Source: Mobula hypostoma
Lineage: Eukaryota
Length of the DNA stretch: 64,000 nt
Assembly (NCBI RefSeq): GCF_963921235.1
Contig: NC_086097.1
Span: 119,972,001 to 120,036,000 of the forward strand
Direction of reading: 5' to 3'
Shown here: piece by piece, positions 38,358 to 52,124 of the stretch
Layout: each line of letters opens with the position of its first letter
How positions within the stretch are numbered: position 1 is the stretch's first letter
The notes under the pieces: model-generated
What the model was told of the DNA's origin: nothing
What the model saw: only the letters and a program-made list of their open reading frames with translations
Databases searched by the model: none
Translations under genes and position numbers: made by a program

Positions 38358-41300
38358 ACCATAAGACATAGGAGAAGAATTAGGCTATTTGGCCCACAGA
38401 GCCTGATCTGCCATTCCATCATGGATGATTTATTATCTTTGTCAACCCTATTCACTTGCCTTCTCTCTGTAAACTTTGACTCCCTGCTACATCAAGAACC
38501 CATCAACCTCCACTTTAAATATAGTCAATTATTTAAACGCCACAGCTGTTTGTGGCAATGAATTCCATTACCCTGTACCCTATGGCTACAGAAAAGCCTC
38601 AGCTCTGTTCTAAATGGACATCCCTCTATTCTGAGGCTGTGACCTAGACTGCCCCTATAGGAAACATCCTCTCCACATCCACTCTATCAAGGCCTTTCAA
38701 AATTTGACAGATTACAATGACCCCCTCCCCGCCATTCTTCTGACCAGCTGCAAGTTGACTGTACTCTTTCCTTGCCTGGCCTGCTGAGTTCCTCCAGCAT
38801 TTTTTGTGTGTTTCTTTTAACCTCCGTCAAGTACAAGCCCAGAAACTGCAAACACTCCTCATCTCTCCTGGATCCTCTCCAATGCCAGCAATTCTTTCTT
38901 AGATAAAGGGCTCAAAACTGCTCACAATACTCCAAATGCAATCTGACCAATGTCTTATGAAGCCCTAGCATTACATCCTTGCTCTTATATTCTAGTCCTC
39001 TTGAAATGAATGTAACATTGTATTTGCCTTCCTTACCACTGACTCACTCTGCAAGTTAATATTTAGGGAGTCCTGCACAAAAACTCCAAGTCCCTTTGCA
39101 CTTCTGATTTTTGAATTTTCTCCTTGTTTAGAAAATAGTCTACTCCTTTACTCCATCTACCAAAACACATGACCATTTAAATCCCTGCACTGTATTGCAT
39201 CTGCCACTTCTCTGCCCAGTCTCCGAAATTGTCTGAGTACTTTTGCAGACTCCCTGCTTCCTCAAAACTATCTGCTCCTCCACCTACAATATCTTCATAT
39301 TGTCTAAAAACTTGGCTATAAAGCCATCAATTCTGTCATCCAAATCATTGACATATAACGTGAAAACATAGAAACATAGAAAATAGGTGCAGGAGTAGGC
39401 CATTTGGCCCTTCGAGCCTGCACCGCCATTCAGTATGATCATGGCATGATCATCCAACTCACAACCCTACCAGCCTTCCCCCCATACCCCCTGATCCCTT
39501 TAGCCACAAGGGCCATATCTAACTCCCTCTTAAATATAGCCAATGAACTGGCCTCAACTGTTTCCTGTGGCAGAGAATTCCACAGATTCACCACTCTCTG
39601 TGTGAAGAAGTTCTTCCTAATCTTGGTCCTAAAAGGCTTCCCCTTTATCCTCAAACTGTGACCCCTTGTTCTGGACTTCCCCAACATTGGGAACAATCTT
39701 CCTGCATCTAGCCTGTCCAATCCCTTTAGGATTTTATACATTTCAATAAGATCCCCCCACAATCTTCTAAATTCCAACGAATATAAGCCTAGTCGATCCA
39801 GTCTTTCATCATATGAAAGTCCTGCCATCCCAGGAATCAATCTGGTGAACTTTCTCTGTACTCCCTCTATGGCAAGGATGTCTTTCCTCAGATTAGGGGA
39901 CCAAAACTGCACACAATACTCCAGGTGTGGTCACACCAAGGCTTTGTACAACTGCAGTAGTACCTCCCTGCTCCTGTACTCGAATCCTCTTGCTATGAAT
40001 GCTAGCATACCATTTGCCTTTTTCACCACCTGCTGTACCTACATGCCCACTTTCAATGACTGGTGTATAATGACACCCAGGTCTCGTTGCACCTCCCCTT
40101 TTCCTAATTGGCCACCATTCAGATAATAATCTGTTTTCCTGTTTTTGCCACCAAAGTGGATAACCTCACATTTATCCACATTAAATTGTATCTGCCATGA
40201 ATTTGCCCACTCACCTAACCTATCCAAGTCATGCTGCACCCTCTTAGCATCTTCTTCACAGCTAACACTGCCACCCAGCTTCGTGTCATCCGCAAACTTG
40301 GAGATGCTGCATTTAATTCCCTCGTCTAAGTCATTAATATATATTGTAAACAACTGGGGTCCCAGCACTGAGCCTCGTGGTACCCACCAGTCACTGCCTG
40401 CCATTCTGAAAAGGTCCCGTTTATTCCCACTCTTTGTTTCCTGTCTGCCAACCAATTCTCTATCCACGTCAATACCTTACCCCCAATACCGTGTGCTTTA
40501 AGTTTGCATACTAATCTCCTGTGTGGGACCTTGTCAAAAGCCTTTTGAAAATCCAAATATACCACATCCACTGGTTCTCCCCTATCCACTCTACTAGTTA
40601 CATGCTCAAAAAATTCTATGAGATTCATCAGACATGATTTTCCTTTCACAAATCCATGCTGACTTTGTCCGATGATTTCATCGCTTTCCAAATGTGCTGT
40701 TATCACATCTTTGATAACTGACTCTAGCATTTTCCCCATCACCGATATTAGGCTAACCAGTCTATAATTCCCCAGTTTCTCTCTCCCTCCTTTTTTTAAA
40801 AAGTGGGGTTACATTAGCCACCCTCCAATCCTCAGGAACTAGTCCAGAATCTAAAGAGTTTTGAAAAATTATCACTAATGCATCCACTATTTCTTGGGCT
40901 ACTTCCTTAAGCACTCTGGGATGCGGACCATCTGGCCCTGGGGAATTATCTGCCTTTAATCCCTTCAATTTACCTAACACCACTTCCCTACCAACATGTA
41001 TTTCCCTCAGTTCCTCCATCTCACTGGACCCACTGTCCCCTACTATTTCTGGAAGATTATTTATGTCCTCCTTAGTGAAGACAGAACCAAAGTAGTTATT
41101 CAGTTGATCTGCCATGTCCTTGCTCCCCATAATCAATTCACCTGTTTCAGTCTGTAGGGGACCTACATTCGTCTTAACCGATCTTTTTCTTTCTATAAAA
41201 GCTTTTACTGTCAGTTTTTATGTTCCCTGCCAGTTTTCTCTCTTAATCTTTTTTCCCCTTCCTAATTAAGCCCCTTGTCCTCCTCTGCTGGACTCTGAAT

Positions 41301-43072
41301 ATCTCCCAGTCCTCAGGTGAGCCACTTTTTCAGGCTAATTTGTCTGCTTCTTCTTTGGAATTGATACTATCCCTAATTTCCCTTGTCAGCCACGGGTGCA
41401 CTACCTTCCTTGATTTATTCTTTTGCCAAACTGGGATGAACAATTGTTGTAGTTCATCCATGCGATCTTTAAATGCTTGCCATTGCATATCCACCGTCAA
41501 CCCTTTAAGTGTCATTTGCCAGTCTATCTTAGCTAACTCACGTCTCATACCTTCAAAGTTACCCTTCTTTAAGTTCAGAACCTTTGTTTCTGAATTAACT
41601 ATGTCACTCTCCATCTTAATGAAGAATTCCACCATATTATGGTCACTCTTACCCAAGGGGCGTCTCACGACAAGATTGCTAATTAACCCTTCCTCTTTGC
41701 TCAGTACCCAGTATAGAATAGCCTGCTCTCTAGTTGGTTCCTCGACATGTTGGTTCAAAAATTCCCACATACCTTCCAAGAAATCCTCTTCCTCAGCACC
41801 CTTACCAATTTGGTTTACCCAATCTATATGAAGATTGAAGTCATCCATTATAACTGCTATTCCTTTATTACACACATTTCTAATTTCCTGTTTAATACCA
41901 TCCCCAACTTCACTACTACTGTTAGGTGGCCTGTACACAACTCCCACCAGTGTTTTCTGCCCTTTAGTGTTATGCAGCTCTACCCATATCGATTCCACAT
42001 CCTCCCGGCTAACGTCCTTCCTTTCTATTGCGTTAATCTCCTCTCTAACCAGCAATGCTACCCCACCTCCTTTTCTTTCATGTCTATCCCTCCTGAATAT
42101 TGAATATTCCTGAATGTTGAGCTCCCATCCTTGGTCACCCTGGAACCATGTCTCTGTGATCCCAACTATATCATATTCATTAATAATAATCTGCACTTTT
42201 AATTCATCCACATTGTTATGAATGCTCCTTGCATTGACACACAAAGCCTTCAGGCTCGCTTTTACAACACACTTAGCCCTTATATAATTATGTTGAAAAG
42301 TGTCCCTTTTTGATTTTTGCCCTGGATTTGCCGGCCTGCCACTTTTACTTTTCACCTTACTACTTTTTGCTTCTACCCTCATTTTACAACCCTCCGTTTC
42401 TCTGCACTGGTTCCCATCCCCCTGTTGTGAACTAACCTCCTCTCTCCTAGTTTCTTTAATTTGATTCCCACTCCCTAACCATTCTAGTTTAAAGTCACCT
42501 CAGTAGCCCTTGCAAATCTCCCTGCCGGGATATTGGTCCCCCTAGGATTCAAGTGTAACCCGTCCTTTTTGTACAGGTCACACTTGCACCAAAAAAGGTC
42601 CCAACGATCCAAAAACTTGAATCCCTGCCCCCTGCTCCAATCCCTCAGCCACGCATTTATCCTCCACCTCATCGCATTCCTACTCTCACTGTCGCGTGGC
42701 ACAGGCAGTAATCCCGAGATTACTACCTTTGCGGTCCTTTTTCTCAACTCCCTTCCTAGCTCCCTATATTCTCCTTTCAGGACCTCTTCCCTTTTCCTAC
42801 CTATGTCATTGGTACCTATATGTACCACGACCTCTGGCTCCTCACCCTCCCACTTCAGGATATCTTGGAGAGAGGAAAAAAAAGAAGAGGTTTGAAATAG
42901 ACCCAAGCGGAAAACCACGAGTCACTGGCAGCTAACCAGAAAAGACCTCTATTATTCCCACTTGGCCTCCTGCCAGAGTATCAGTCTTCTATCTGTGCTA
43001 GTATATTTCTTGTAATACCATGAGCTCTTATCCTGTTAAACAGCCTCATGTGTGGCCCCTCGTCAACAACCT
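38358..43072 (-). mobile_element. Older CR1 LINE fragment (38358-39362 and about 42880-43072) hosting the younger CR1
   Basis: 3' tail at about 38358; RT sequence continues across the insertion (…ttgacatataacgtgaaaa | agaagaggtttg…gtcactggcagc). Confidence 0.8.
39363..42868 (-). mobile_element. CR1 LINE with partial ORF1 (SGNH esterase) and nearly complete ORF2, nested in an older CR1
   Basis: ORF1 VVVHIGTNDIG...DGLHLNPRG (42484-42868); ORF2 NARS, GITETW, YRPP, SDHN, YLDFQKAFDKVPH, KFADDTK; (tttctatg)n tail at about 39363-39382. Confidence 0.96.
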
Positions 43073-43124
43073 TCAGTGAGGTTCTTGATGGAATCAGTTC
43101 AATGCAAACTTTGACACCAACATG

Positions 43125-43711
43125 GAAGTGTTTCCCAGTGGCCAATCATTTTAATTCCAGTCTCTTTAATTCCATTCTGACATGTCAGTCCAGAGCCTCT
43201 TCTACTGTCACAATGAGGCCACTCTCAGGATGGAGAAACAATTCTTCATATTCCATCTGTGATAACCTGTTTCTATCAAAGCTTCATAATGGAGCATACT
43301 TACCTTCTGCAAGTTATCTGTTATCATCTGGAAGGAGGGGAGGTGGGTTAATGGTTCTGTTGAGATACTCAGAGTGTCTAGTGAAGACCACTATTTTATC
43401 TCATTGGTAGATTGACGTAAATTTCCTTCTCCTAAATCTTCTGTCCTTCATCATATAATCCCAGCACACTTCCGATGACTACTGGTTCAGTAACCATCAC
43501 ATACTCCCCAGGCTGTTTCTACCTCAAATCATAAACACAAGAGATTATGCAGATGCTGGAAATCTAGAGCGAAATGCACAAAATGCTGTAAGAACTTAGC
43601 AGATCAGACAGCATCAATAGAGAGGAGTAACAGTTGACATTTCTGCCAGGGTGCTCCATTAGGACCTGATGAAGGGTCTTGGCCTGAAACATCGACTGTT
43701 TACTCCTCTCT
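43125..43711. mobile_element. PLE fragments: GIY-YIG remnant (43125-43270) and fold-back terminus (43533-43711)
   Basis: PVANHFNS motif; inverted repeat centred on 43664, made of two back-to-back hammerhead-like motifs. Confidence 0.7.
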
Positions 43712-45446
43712 GCTCTTTCTACAGCAAAGTCATTTATAGTTTTCTCATTTAAAATTTAGTCCCAACTTTGCCTCAACAACTAATAATCTCACATTATTTA
43801 TGATTCTAACTTGTTTAATAATTTCTCTCTGATCATTGTTTACAGAATGAAATCCCCCCCCATTTTGTTGTTTTCCTTTGACACCTATCACCTCCCATTC
43901 GGAAGCAAAATACTTCAGATGGTAGAAATCTGAAATAAAATCAGAAAGTTGCTGGAAAACATGCCAAAACAGATTTATAGGTCGCTAACGAGTTGCTGCA
44001 AGAGTTTGGGGAAGGTTCTGGCTGGTTAGAGGTCACCATCTTGTGGTAATAAGGTGGTGGGGGGTGAAACAGGAAGTGGCGGAATGAGGGAAGTCAGGGG
44101 AATGGGATTATAGGGGAGTCTGACATTGAGACATTTAAAGGCCATTAGAAATTAAATAAACAACTCCTTTGCCTTGCTCCACATTCAAGGATCAAGTTTA
44201 TTTGTCAAATATACTTCATAACATAGAGTGAAGTGCATTTTTATATTAACAATCAACACACCAAAGGGTACACTGGGGGCTCTCCAAATGTGTTGCCACA
44301 CTTTCCAGTGTCAACATAGCTTGGCCACAAAACTCAGCAGAACAACACAGAACACAACAAGTAACAAAACAACAGTAGTCAGATAGGCCTGTTTCTCCCT
44401 CCCTCTCATGCACATACACAGTCTTTTAACCCAAGGATAAGCTGTCTTCTTAAGCCACCATTCCCTAGCAGACTCAGGCCTACAGTTACTGGGTTTCAAC
44501 CTCCCCAGCTGAACTGCAGAGATTTGCAGACTCAGCTCTGGCCAACGGGCCTCGACGTCCAGACTTCTGATTTGATCCTCGGGCCTTGATCCTTGGCGTC
44601 AATCCCAGGACACGCTGAACACCGAACATTGGGTCTCAAACACTAAATTCACAGATGACAGGACCCCAAACATCAGGCCTCAAACTGTGCTCTCACCAAA
44701 ACGTGAACCCAGGGGTGTCATCGAATTTGTTCCATTAGCCACAGAACTCTGTCTCTGGAACTTATCGGCAGGTCGCTGCACTGGGGGGTGGGGGGGGGGC
44801 ATCGTCTCTGCCAGCCCTACTTCTCACATCTGATCACAATGTCCCACATCTGCATCACTAGCCATCGAACGTAGAGCACTTTGGATTCCATGCTGAGCAC
44901 AGAGGCAGAGAGCCACAGGCCCACTCCTCCCACTTCAATCTTAACCTTCGTCTTCATCTTAAAGCACTGAACTTCCTCATTTACTTAAATACTGATAAAA
45001 GGTCATCAATATTTCTCTCACCACTGATGCTGCATGCGTTGTAGAAAATTTACAACAGTTTCTGTTTTTATTTTACTTATTTCTAATCTCTATCTGGAAA
45101 CTTGCAACATGAGGATAAATTCAACATATGAACACTCCTGATACAAATAGCCCAACTAAGGTGCAAATTGATTTTTTAAACTTATAGTTCTAAACATTGA
45201 AAGGGAATGCCAGGACAACAAAAATTATTTTATACTGTGGTAGATTCCTGGCATTTGTAGATTGCACTCAGAAGCATGTAATAATCTCCAAATATTGCCA
45301 GGGATTGCTGATGTTATATCACTTTGTTTTAGTCTAGTTATCTGGATTATCCTTCATTAGATTTGGATTCAGGCTCAGATTTATTTATCACATGTACATT
45401 GAAACCTACAGTGGAATGTATTGTTTACGTTAGCAACCAACACAAC

Positions 45447-46049
45447 CGTAATACTCAGCTATATCGGCTCGTATGTACCTAGGGGAAACCCCGACCGCCG
45501 CCCAACCTTGTCTCCCGGTTACGTCAGTTGCTGTGCAATGCCACCTGATTCGGCCTCAAACATCAATCATCAGCCAGCACACAATGTACATTTTACAATT
45601 TACACTTTATAAGTCTTGCTAGGACTATGAGATTAATAGAGGTACAATACAAAAGGGGATGAAAAAAAAGGTGCCAGACTTATCAAAGTTCAATTTCCTC
45701 GTGCACACAGCTGGAGCTAGGGACTTTCCTTCTTCACCCTGCGATCCACTCCAACCCCCTCGACTCACAGCCCAGGGACACCCGAAGTGATCCACCAGAG
45801 CACTCTCAGCACGTCCGTCGTCCTCACGGTCTCTCCTCTAGCTCCCCGCCAAAACCCCCGTTTCCCAGCCATGTGAGACAGCATATCACCCCAAAAAAGA
45901 ATAACATGGGCACCCATTGGTTCATTTGCTCTTTTATCAATAAGATAACCCAAACGAACTGCAGCAAGAGACCCTTCTCAGCCTTTAACATAACAAAGAA
46001 GCCATTTTGATTAACATACGCAGTGACATAAAAGATGGAACCCCTTACA
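45447..46049. mobile_element. Probable solo LTR inserted in a SINE tail
   Basis: (c)gtaa...ttaca termini, near-TSD caac/taac, and SINE sequence continuous on both sides. Confidence 0.65.
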
Positions 46050-47084
46050 TAACTACGAATGTGCAAGGGCAGCCCACAAGTGTCTCCACACATTCCCGTG
46101 GCATCATGGCATGCCCACAATGCTTGGCAGAACAACGCAGTGAAAGAAGCCCCTTTCCTGCCACCCTACCTCCCTACCACCCGACCACACAAACGGATTG
46201 CCCTCCAGCTCCAGAACGGGCCTCCAGTTTCCGGGTTTTGCCCGATGGGCTTCAACTTGCAGACATCTGATCAACCTTTAGTTTCCATTCTCCAGTACCC
46301 ATCCCTGGACTAGCTGATGACAGGACCCCAGATTCCTGGTTCGAACTCTGAGCAGGTTGACCGACTGGCACTCGTGCCTCCTGCTCACATGGATATCTGA
46401 TCACAGAAACCTGGCACGGCGTAACATCTACCGATGTCCTGTGTCACCTGACTACATTGCTGGCCTTTGAGCACAGAGCAGTGGCCCTGACTCTAGATGT
46501 CCTTTATTATTTCAAATCAGCTTCTGTTTGAAAATAATTTCACAAGTTATGGTTAGAGTCCATTTGGCAGAGAACAAGAGTGGTGTGATAAAGTTTATGG
46601 CAGTAGAAAATGGGAGCAAATGCCCAAATAACACACATCACTTTACCTTGATGCATGCTGCATGTAAAACTCATGGGGGTTCTCTGGCAGGAATTGAATA
46701 CATTCTTCTGTGAATATCATCTCATTTTGTGAGTGGCTAACTCTGTTTCAGGCTTGCCAGCTCCACTTAAAGACAGCTTGTGACATTTGCTGAAATCATG
46801 TACATGGACAAGATAAATTAAGCCATCTTCAAATATTGAACCAGCAGCTTCAACACATCACATATTTACCAACACCTACCAACAAGGTTAATCAGGACAA
46901 AAACCTAAAATTCAAATTTTCTACTATACCGTCACAAGTTTCCTATTTCTATAATCTTCATACTCATAACTTGCAGTATGAACAAATGATCTGCTGGTCC
47001 AGAATGGCATCAGGACCAGCCAACGACTACATGACACTCTCAAACACGTTTTGCTCTCCCGCGTGGAAAGCACACAAACACACC

Positions 47085-49150
47085 AAATTTTGGCAGAACA
47101 CAAGACATGTATCAAGAAGTCATGGAATAAACAGTCAACATTTGGGACCAAGTCTCTTCAGAAGGACTGGAAAGGAAGGGGACAGAAACCAGATTAAGAG
47201 AATGGTGGTGGGGTGGGGAGGGGGTGTAGTGGAAGAGTACATGCTGGCAGGTGATAGGTGAATTGGGCGAGGGGGAATGTGGGCAGGTGGGTGAAGGGGT
47301 GAATGAAAAAGAATGATATGAGAAGCTGGGATTTGATAGATGGAAGAGGTAAAGGGATGAAGAAGAAGGTATCCGTTAGGAGAGAGGACAATGGACCTTG
47401 GAATAAAGGGAAAGAGGTGGGAAGGTGATGGACATGACATAAGAGTAGAGGAAGGGAAAAGAAGGGGTGTGAGACCCATCAGAATGAGGGAAAACTATTG
47501 AGGGATGGGGCAGAAACAGAGGGAAGTGACACCGGAATGTGAAACAATTGATGTTCATGCAATCTGTTAGAGGCTACCTGGACAGAATATGCTATGTTGT
47601 TCCTCCAGTCTGCATTTGGCCTCATTATTGCAGTAGAAGAGGTGAGGAAAGGACAAATCAATGTGGGAATAGGAAGTCAAATTGAAATAAGTGGTCATCA
47701 GAAGATTGTGGCTGCTGTGGCAGACAAAGTGAAGGTGCTTGACGAAGCATTACCCTAATTTGTGTTAGCTTTCACTGATATAGAGAAGGCCACACTGGGA
47801 ACAACAGATACAGAGCAGCAGGTGAAATGCTGCCTCACCTGGAGGGACTGTTTATTGCCTTAAATGTGGGGAGAGAGGAAGTGTAGGAGCAGGTGTAGCT
47901 CTCAGTTGCAGAGATAGGTGCCAGGAGTGAGATCTGTGGGGAGGGATGAGTGGACAAGGAGTTACAGAGAGGGTGATCACTCAAAAAACAGAGAATGGTG
48001 GGGGAGGAAGAAAAGATGGACTTGATGGTGAGATCCCACTGGAGATGATAGAAATTGCAGAGAAAAATGTGTTGAATGCAGAGTTTCATGAGGTGGTAGG
48101 GGAGGACAAGGGGAACCCTAATTCTGTTATGTCAGGGTGGAGGAATGGGGGTAAGGGCAAATGTGCAGGGAATGGAGGAGACATCAGAGAGGGCAGGATC
48201 GGTTGTGATGGAGAGGAAATCCTACTCTCTGAGTAAAAGAGAATATTTTGGGTATCTTGGAATGGAAAGCCTCATTCTGAAAGCAGATGCAGCAAAGGCG
48301 GAGGAATTGAGAGACAGAGAGAAGGGAATGGAATTTTTACAAGTGACAGGATGGGAAGATGAATAGTCAAGTTAAATGTGACAGTCAGTTATTTTTTTAA
48401 ATCTGTCAGTGCAGTGGAGAAAGAGTTGGGGAGTGTTACCGGTGTAGACTTAGAACTTGGACTGTGCCACGTAGCTGATAAAAAGGCATAACTGGGGGCC
48501 ATGTGAGTGGAGAAAGTGGGAGTAGCCACAAGAGAAATTGAGGGTAAGTTTTGTGACATGGAAGGGAGTGGTGGTGGAGGTGCAAACAACAGGAATTCTG
48601 CAGATGCTGGAAATTCAAGCAATGCACATAAAAGTTGCTGGTGAACGCAGCAGGCCAGGCAGCATGGAGGTGAACTGGTTCGGCCTGTTGTCAAGAAAGA
48701 AGTGCAAAGACCAGTCCCCCTCCTCCCTCTTTGTTTTCTCTTATTCTGGTGGCTTTACCACCCCTGCTCTTTCCCTCACACACCCTCATGCCCATCACTT
48801 CCCTCTGGTTTCCCATCTCCTTCTTATTCCATTGTCCAAAAAACTCTCTGATTAGGTTCTTTCTTCTTCAGTTCTTTACCTATTCCACTTATTACCTCCC
48901 AGCTTCTCACAACATTCCATCTCATTTAACACTTTCCCCATCCATTCACCACCCCCTCACCAGTACTCACCTATCACCTGCCAGTATGTACTCCATCCCT
49001 CTCCCTGACTTATTCTGTCTTCTGTCCTCTTCCTATCCCGTCCTGATGAAGAGTCTCTGCCCAAAATGTTGACTATTCATTTTCCTCCATAGATGCTACC
49101 TGACCTGCTGAGTTCCTCGAGCAATTTGTGTCTGGTGCTCAAGATTTCCA
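47085..49150. mobile_element. Old PLE: minus-strand body (about 47085-48580) plus inverted 3' end (about 48730-49150), with a small younger PLE terminus inserted at 48583-48664
   Basis: Terminal sequences point outward at both ends; GIY-YIG remnants at 47545-47870; tggaggtg duplication at 48575-48582 and 48665-48672. Confidence 0.75.
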
Positions 49151-51700
49151 TATCCTCTTGTCATCCCTCCTTAGTGGGGCAGCTTGCCACAGAGTTGATG
49201 ACAACATTAGACACATGGTCTTTTTTTTTTGTGGTAACATATCAGTGTATATGGCAAACCACAAGTGAGAGACCATTTTAGTTGACACCATTTTCAAACT
49301 TACATTTTATGCCTCATCCTAAAATCTGTCTAATTAAAGGTTGCGGTTGGTATTAGTCTTAACCTCCAATCCCCACCTTCCCTTCAGCTTAATCTGATTC
49401 TTGTATGCCACTCTTTTTAAGAAATCAAGAAGTCTAACCTAACTAGCAGTAGTTTAGCAACAAGCAATAAAGACCCTATTAAACTGCATTTATTCATGCT
49501 GTTTGTCTTCATTGTCTCATATAGACAAGGAGAGGATATTATCTTAGTGTCCTGGAACATGTCTGGGTGAGGTGTATACCTCAATGAATCTTGGAGACAT
49601 GGTAAATGTATGAGGTGGCACCAATAATTGTTTGGTAGAACCTCTGATTGGTGGAGTCTGTTGCTATGTGCGTGATGTGGTTGCATTGACCAATCTTAAA
49701 GAGATAAGAGAGAGAGAGATTAGGTTTATTTGTCAAAACATCAATACACACTGAATTGTGTTGCTTGTGTCAAAGACCAACACAGTCCGAGATGTGCTGG
49801 AAGCAGCCTACAAGCGTTGCCACACTTCCAGTATACTATAGCATGTCCACAACTCACTAGTTCTAACTGCTAGAGTGGGAGAAAATCAGAGCACCCTGAG
49901 GAAACCCTTGTAGTCATGGGGAGAACTCACAAACTCCTTACAGACAGCAGCAGGTGTTGAACTCTGAACTTAGTGCTGACTGATAATTGCCATGTGCCCT
50001 AAGATGCAGTGTTGAGAGATGGGGATGCCAGAATTGAACCCCGGCCCAATCCATGCAAAACATTCGCCCTCGCAATGACCTACATCTGTGACACTCGTAA
50101 TGCATTTGTTGGGAAATTATGGTTTTATGATATCCTTGCTGATCTTTAAGACTCATCTGAGATGTTACAATTTTTTCTTGTGCAGCCGTAGTCTTGGAGC
50201 TTGTCCATTGGTGATACCATCCCTCTCTCCGTCAAACTTCTTCAATCCATTGTTTCTCTCTTTCCTTCCTCTCTGAACTCATTGATCGATGTGAGCAAAG
50301 TTGTAATGTGAACAATGTGAACAAAGTTGTGAATCAAGTTCCTGTTGTCATCCAGGCTCTAAAATGGCCTTCAAGTAGCCTTGGTATTTAGGAATAACCA
50401 CTACTATGATTGCCAGCAATGAGCAGCACACCTCTTGGTTTAGGCTTGACCTCATTCAACATTGGCCACATTAATTCCATGTCGGCTTCTCAAAAATTGA
50501 ATCCTCTGGATGTTGGCTAAAGCATTCTTTAGTGTTTTCTCAACAGAGGGATCATGATTTTGAGGCGATACATCCAAATGATAATCCAGTGCCACTCAAT
50601 TACATCCACCTCCTACCCCTGAGAGATATACATAGTGCTTTGAATGGTAGGAGACAGAATTAAACTGATTTGAGAGGCTGTCTAGATAAATAAATGAGTT
50701 GTAAGTTAAAACTTCTATTCATTTACCTGTAGAGAAAAGGCGATAATAATAAGCCTATTTTGTTTTATGAATGTTTCAATTATTAGGCGTTGAAAACAAT
50801 CAAAAGAAGTTCACAGTAAATTTATTATCAAAGGACAGGTATGTCAGCATACACAACCCTGAGACTCATTTTCATACAGGCATACTCAATAAAATCATAA
50901 TAGAATAATAACCATAATAAAATCAATGAAAGACCACACCAACATGGGTGTTCAATCAGTGTGCAAAAGACAACAGATTGTGCAAATACAAAAAGAAAGA
51001 ACTAATAATAAAAATTAGACAATAAGTATTGAGAACATGAGATGAAGAGTCCTTGAAAGTGAGTCCTTAGGTTGTGGGAATATTTCAATGATGCAGCAAG
51101 TGAAGATGAGTGAAGTTATCCCCTTTGGTTCAAGAGCCTGATGGCTGAGGGGCATTAACTGCTCCTGAACAAGGTGGCTTGAGTTCTGAGGCTCCTCTAC
51201 CTTCTTCCTGCGAGAAGAGAGCATGACTTGGATGGTGGGGATACCTGATGTTGGATGCTGCTTTCTTGTGACAAAGCTTCATGTAGATGTGCTCAAAAGT
51301 GGAAATGGTTTTACCCATGATGAACTGGGCTATATGCACTACTATCTTATAGGATTTTCCATTCAAGGGCATTGGTGTTTCCATACCTGGCTATGATGCA
51401 GCCAGTGTATATTCTCCCCAACACACATCTATAGAAGTTACATTGTACTACTTGTAACCCTCTCACTGGGGCTCGTGTACAGACTTGGCTTGTTAGCCGG
51501 CTCTGCTAACAGTCATATGACTCAGTGGTGAGAAGGCCACCTTTCATGAACATACAGCTAGGGTCGGTATAATTTGTGGTTCAACCAAACAGGAACGCCA
51601 TGATGTTCTGACTAAAGGAACATGACTGAGTGAATGTTGTGTAACGGTAGCCCAGAAATGACAAATTGCACACCAGCATAAAATTACAATGAATGTATAT

Positions 51701-52120
51701 TGTTACGTACCCCGTAACTGGGTTGCCAAACCAGCAGAAATGGATCACTCAGTTGGAGTCTGGATTACGAGAACTAAGGAAGTTTTATTAAAGAAACAAG
51801 CAACACAGTAATCGAAAGGATTATAAATGCAACAGTTCAGCAATGATAAACACACATGTGCACAGAATTAAGATAACAGCATCAATCAAGCTCTATCGTT
51901 GTCTAGGGATAAAAGACCAATTTCAAAGTGACACAAAGTTCAGTCCAATTTAGTAGTTCAGTTCGCAGTAATCGTTGCCGTGGCGATGGACAACGTGGGG
52001 GGAGAGAGAGAGAGAGAAAGGGAACCGCTGATCATTCAGAAACGGCTTCCACTCACAGACCGGCGATATGGCTCACAAGCAGCTTTCGGGCGGGTCCTTT
52101 GTGATGCCACCTGAGGTCAC
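51701..52120. mobile_element. Partial LTR-like sequence abutting the PNMA-like Gypsy
   Basis: Starts tgttac, is CpG-richer, and has a minus-strand aataaa; no second boundary or TSD seen. Confidence 0.45.
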
Positions 52121-52124
52121 CTGA

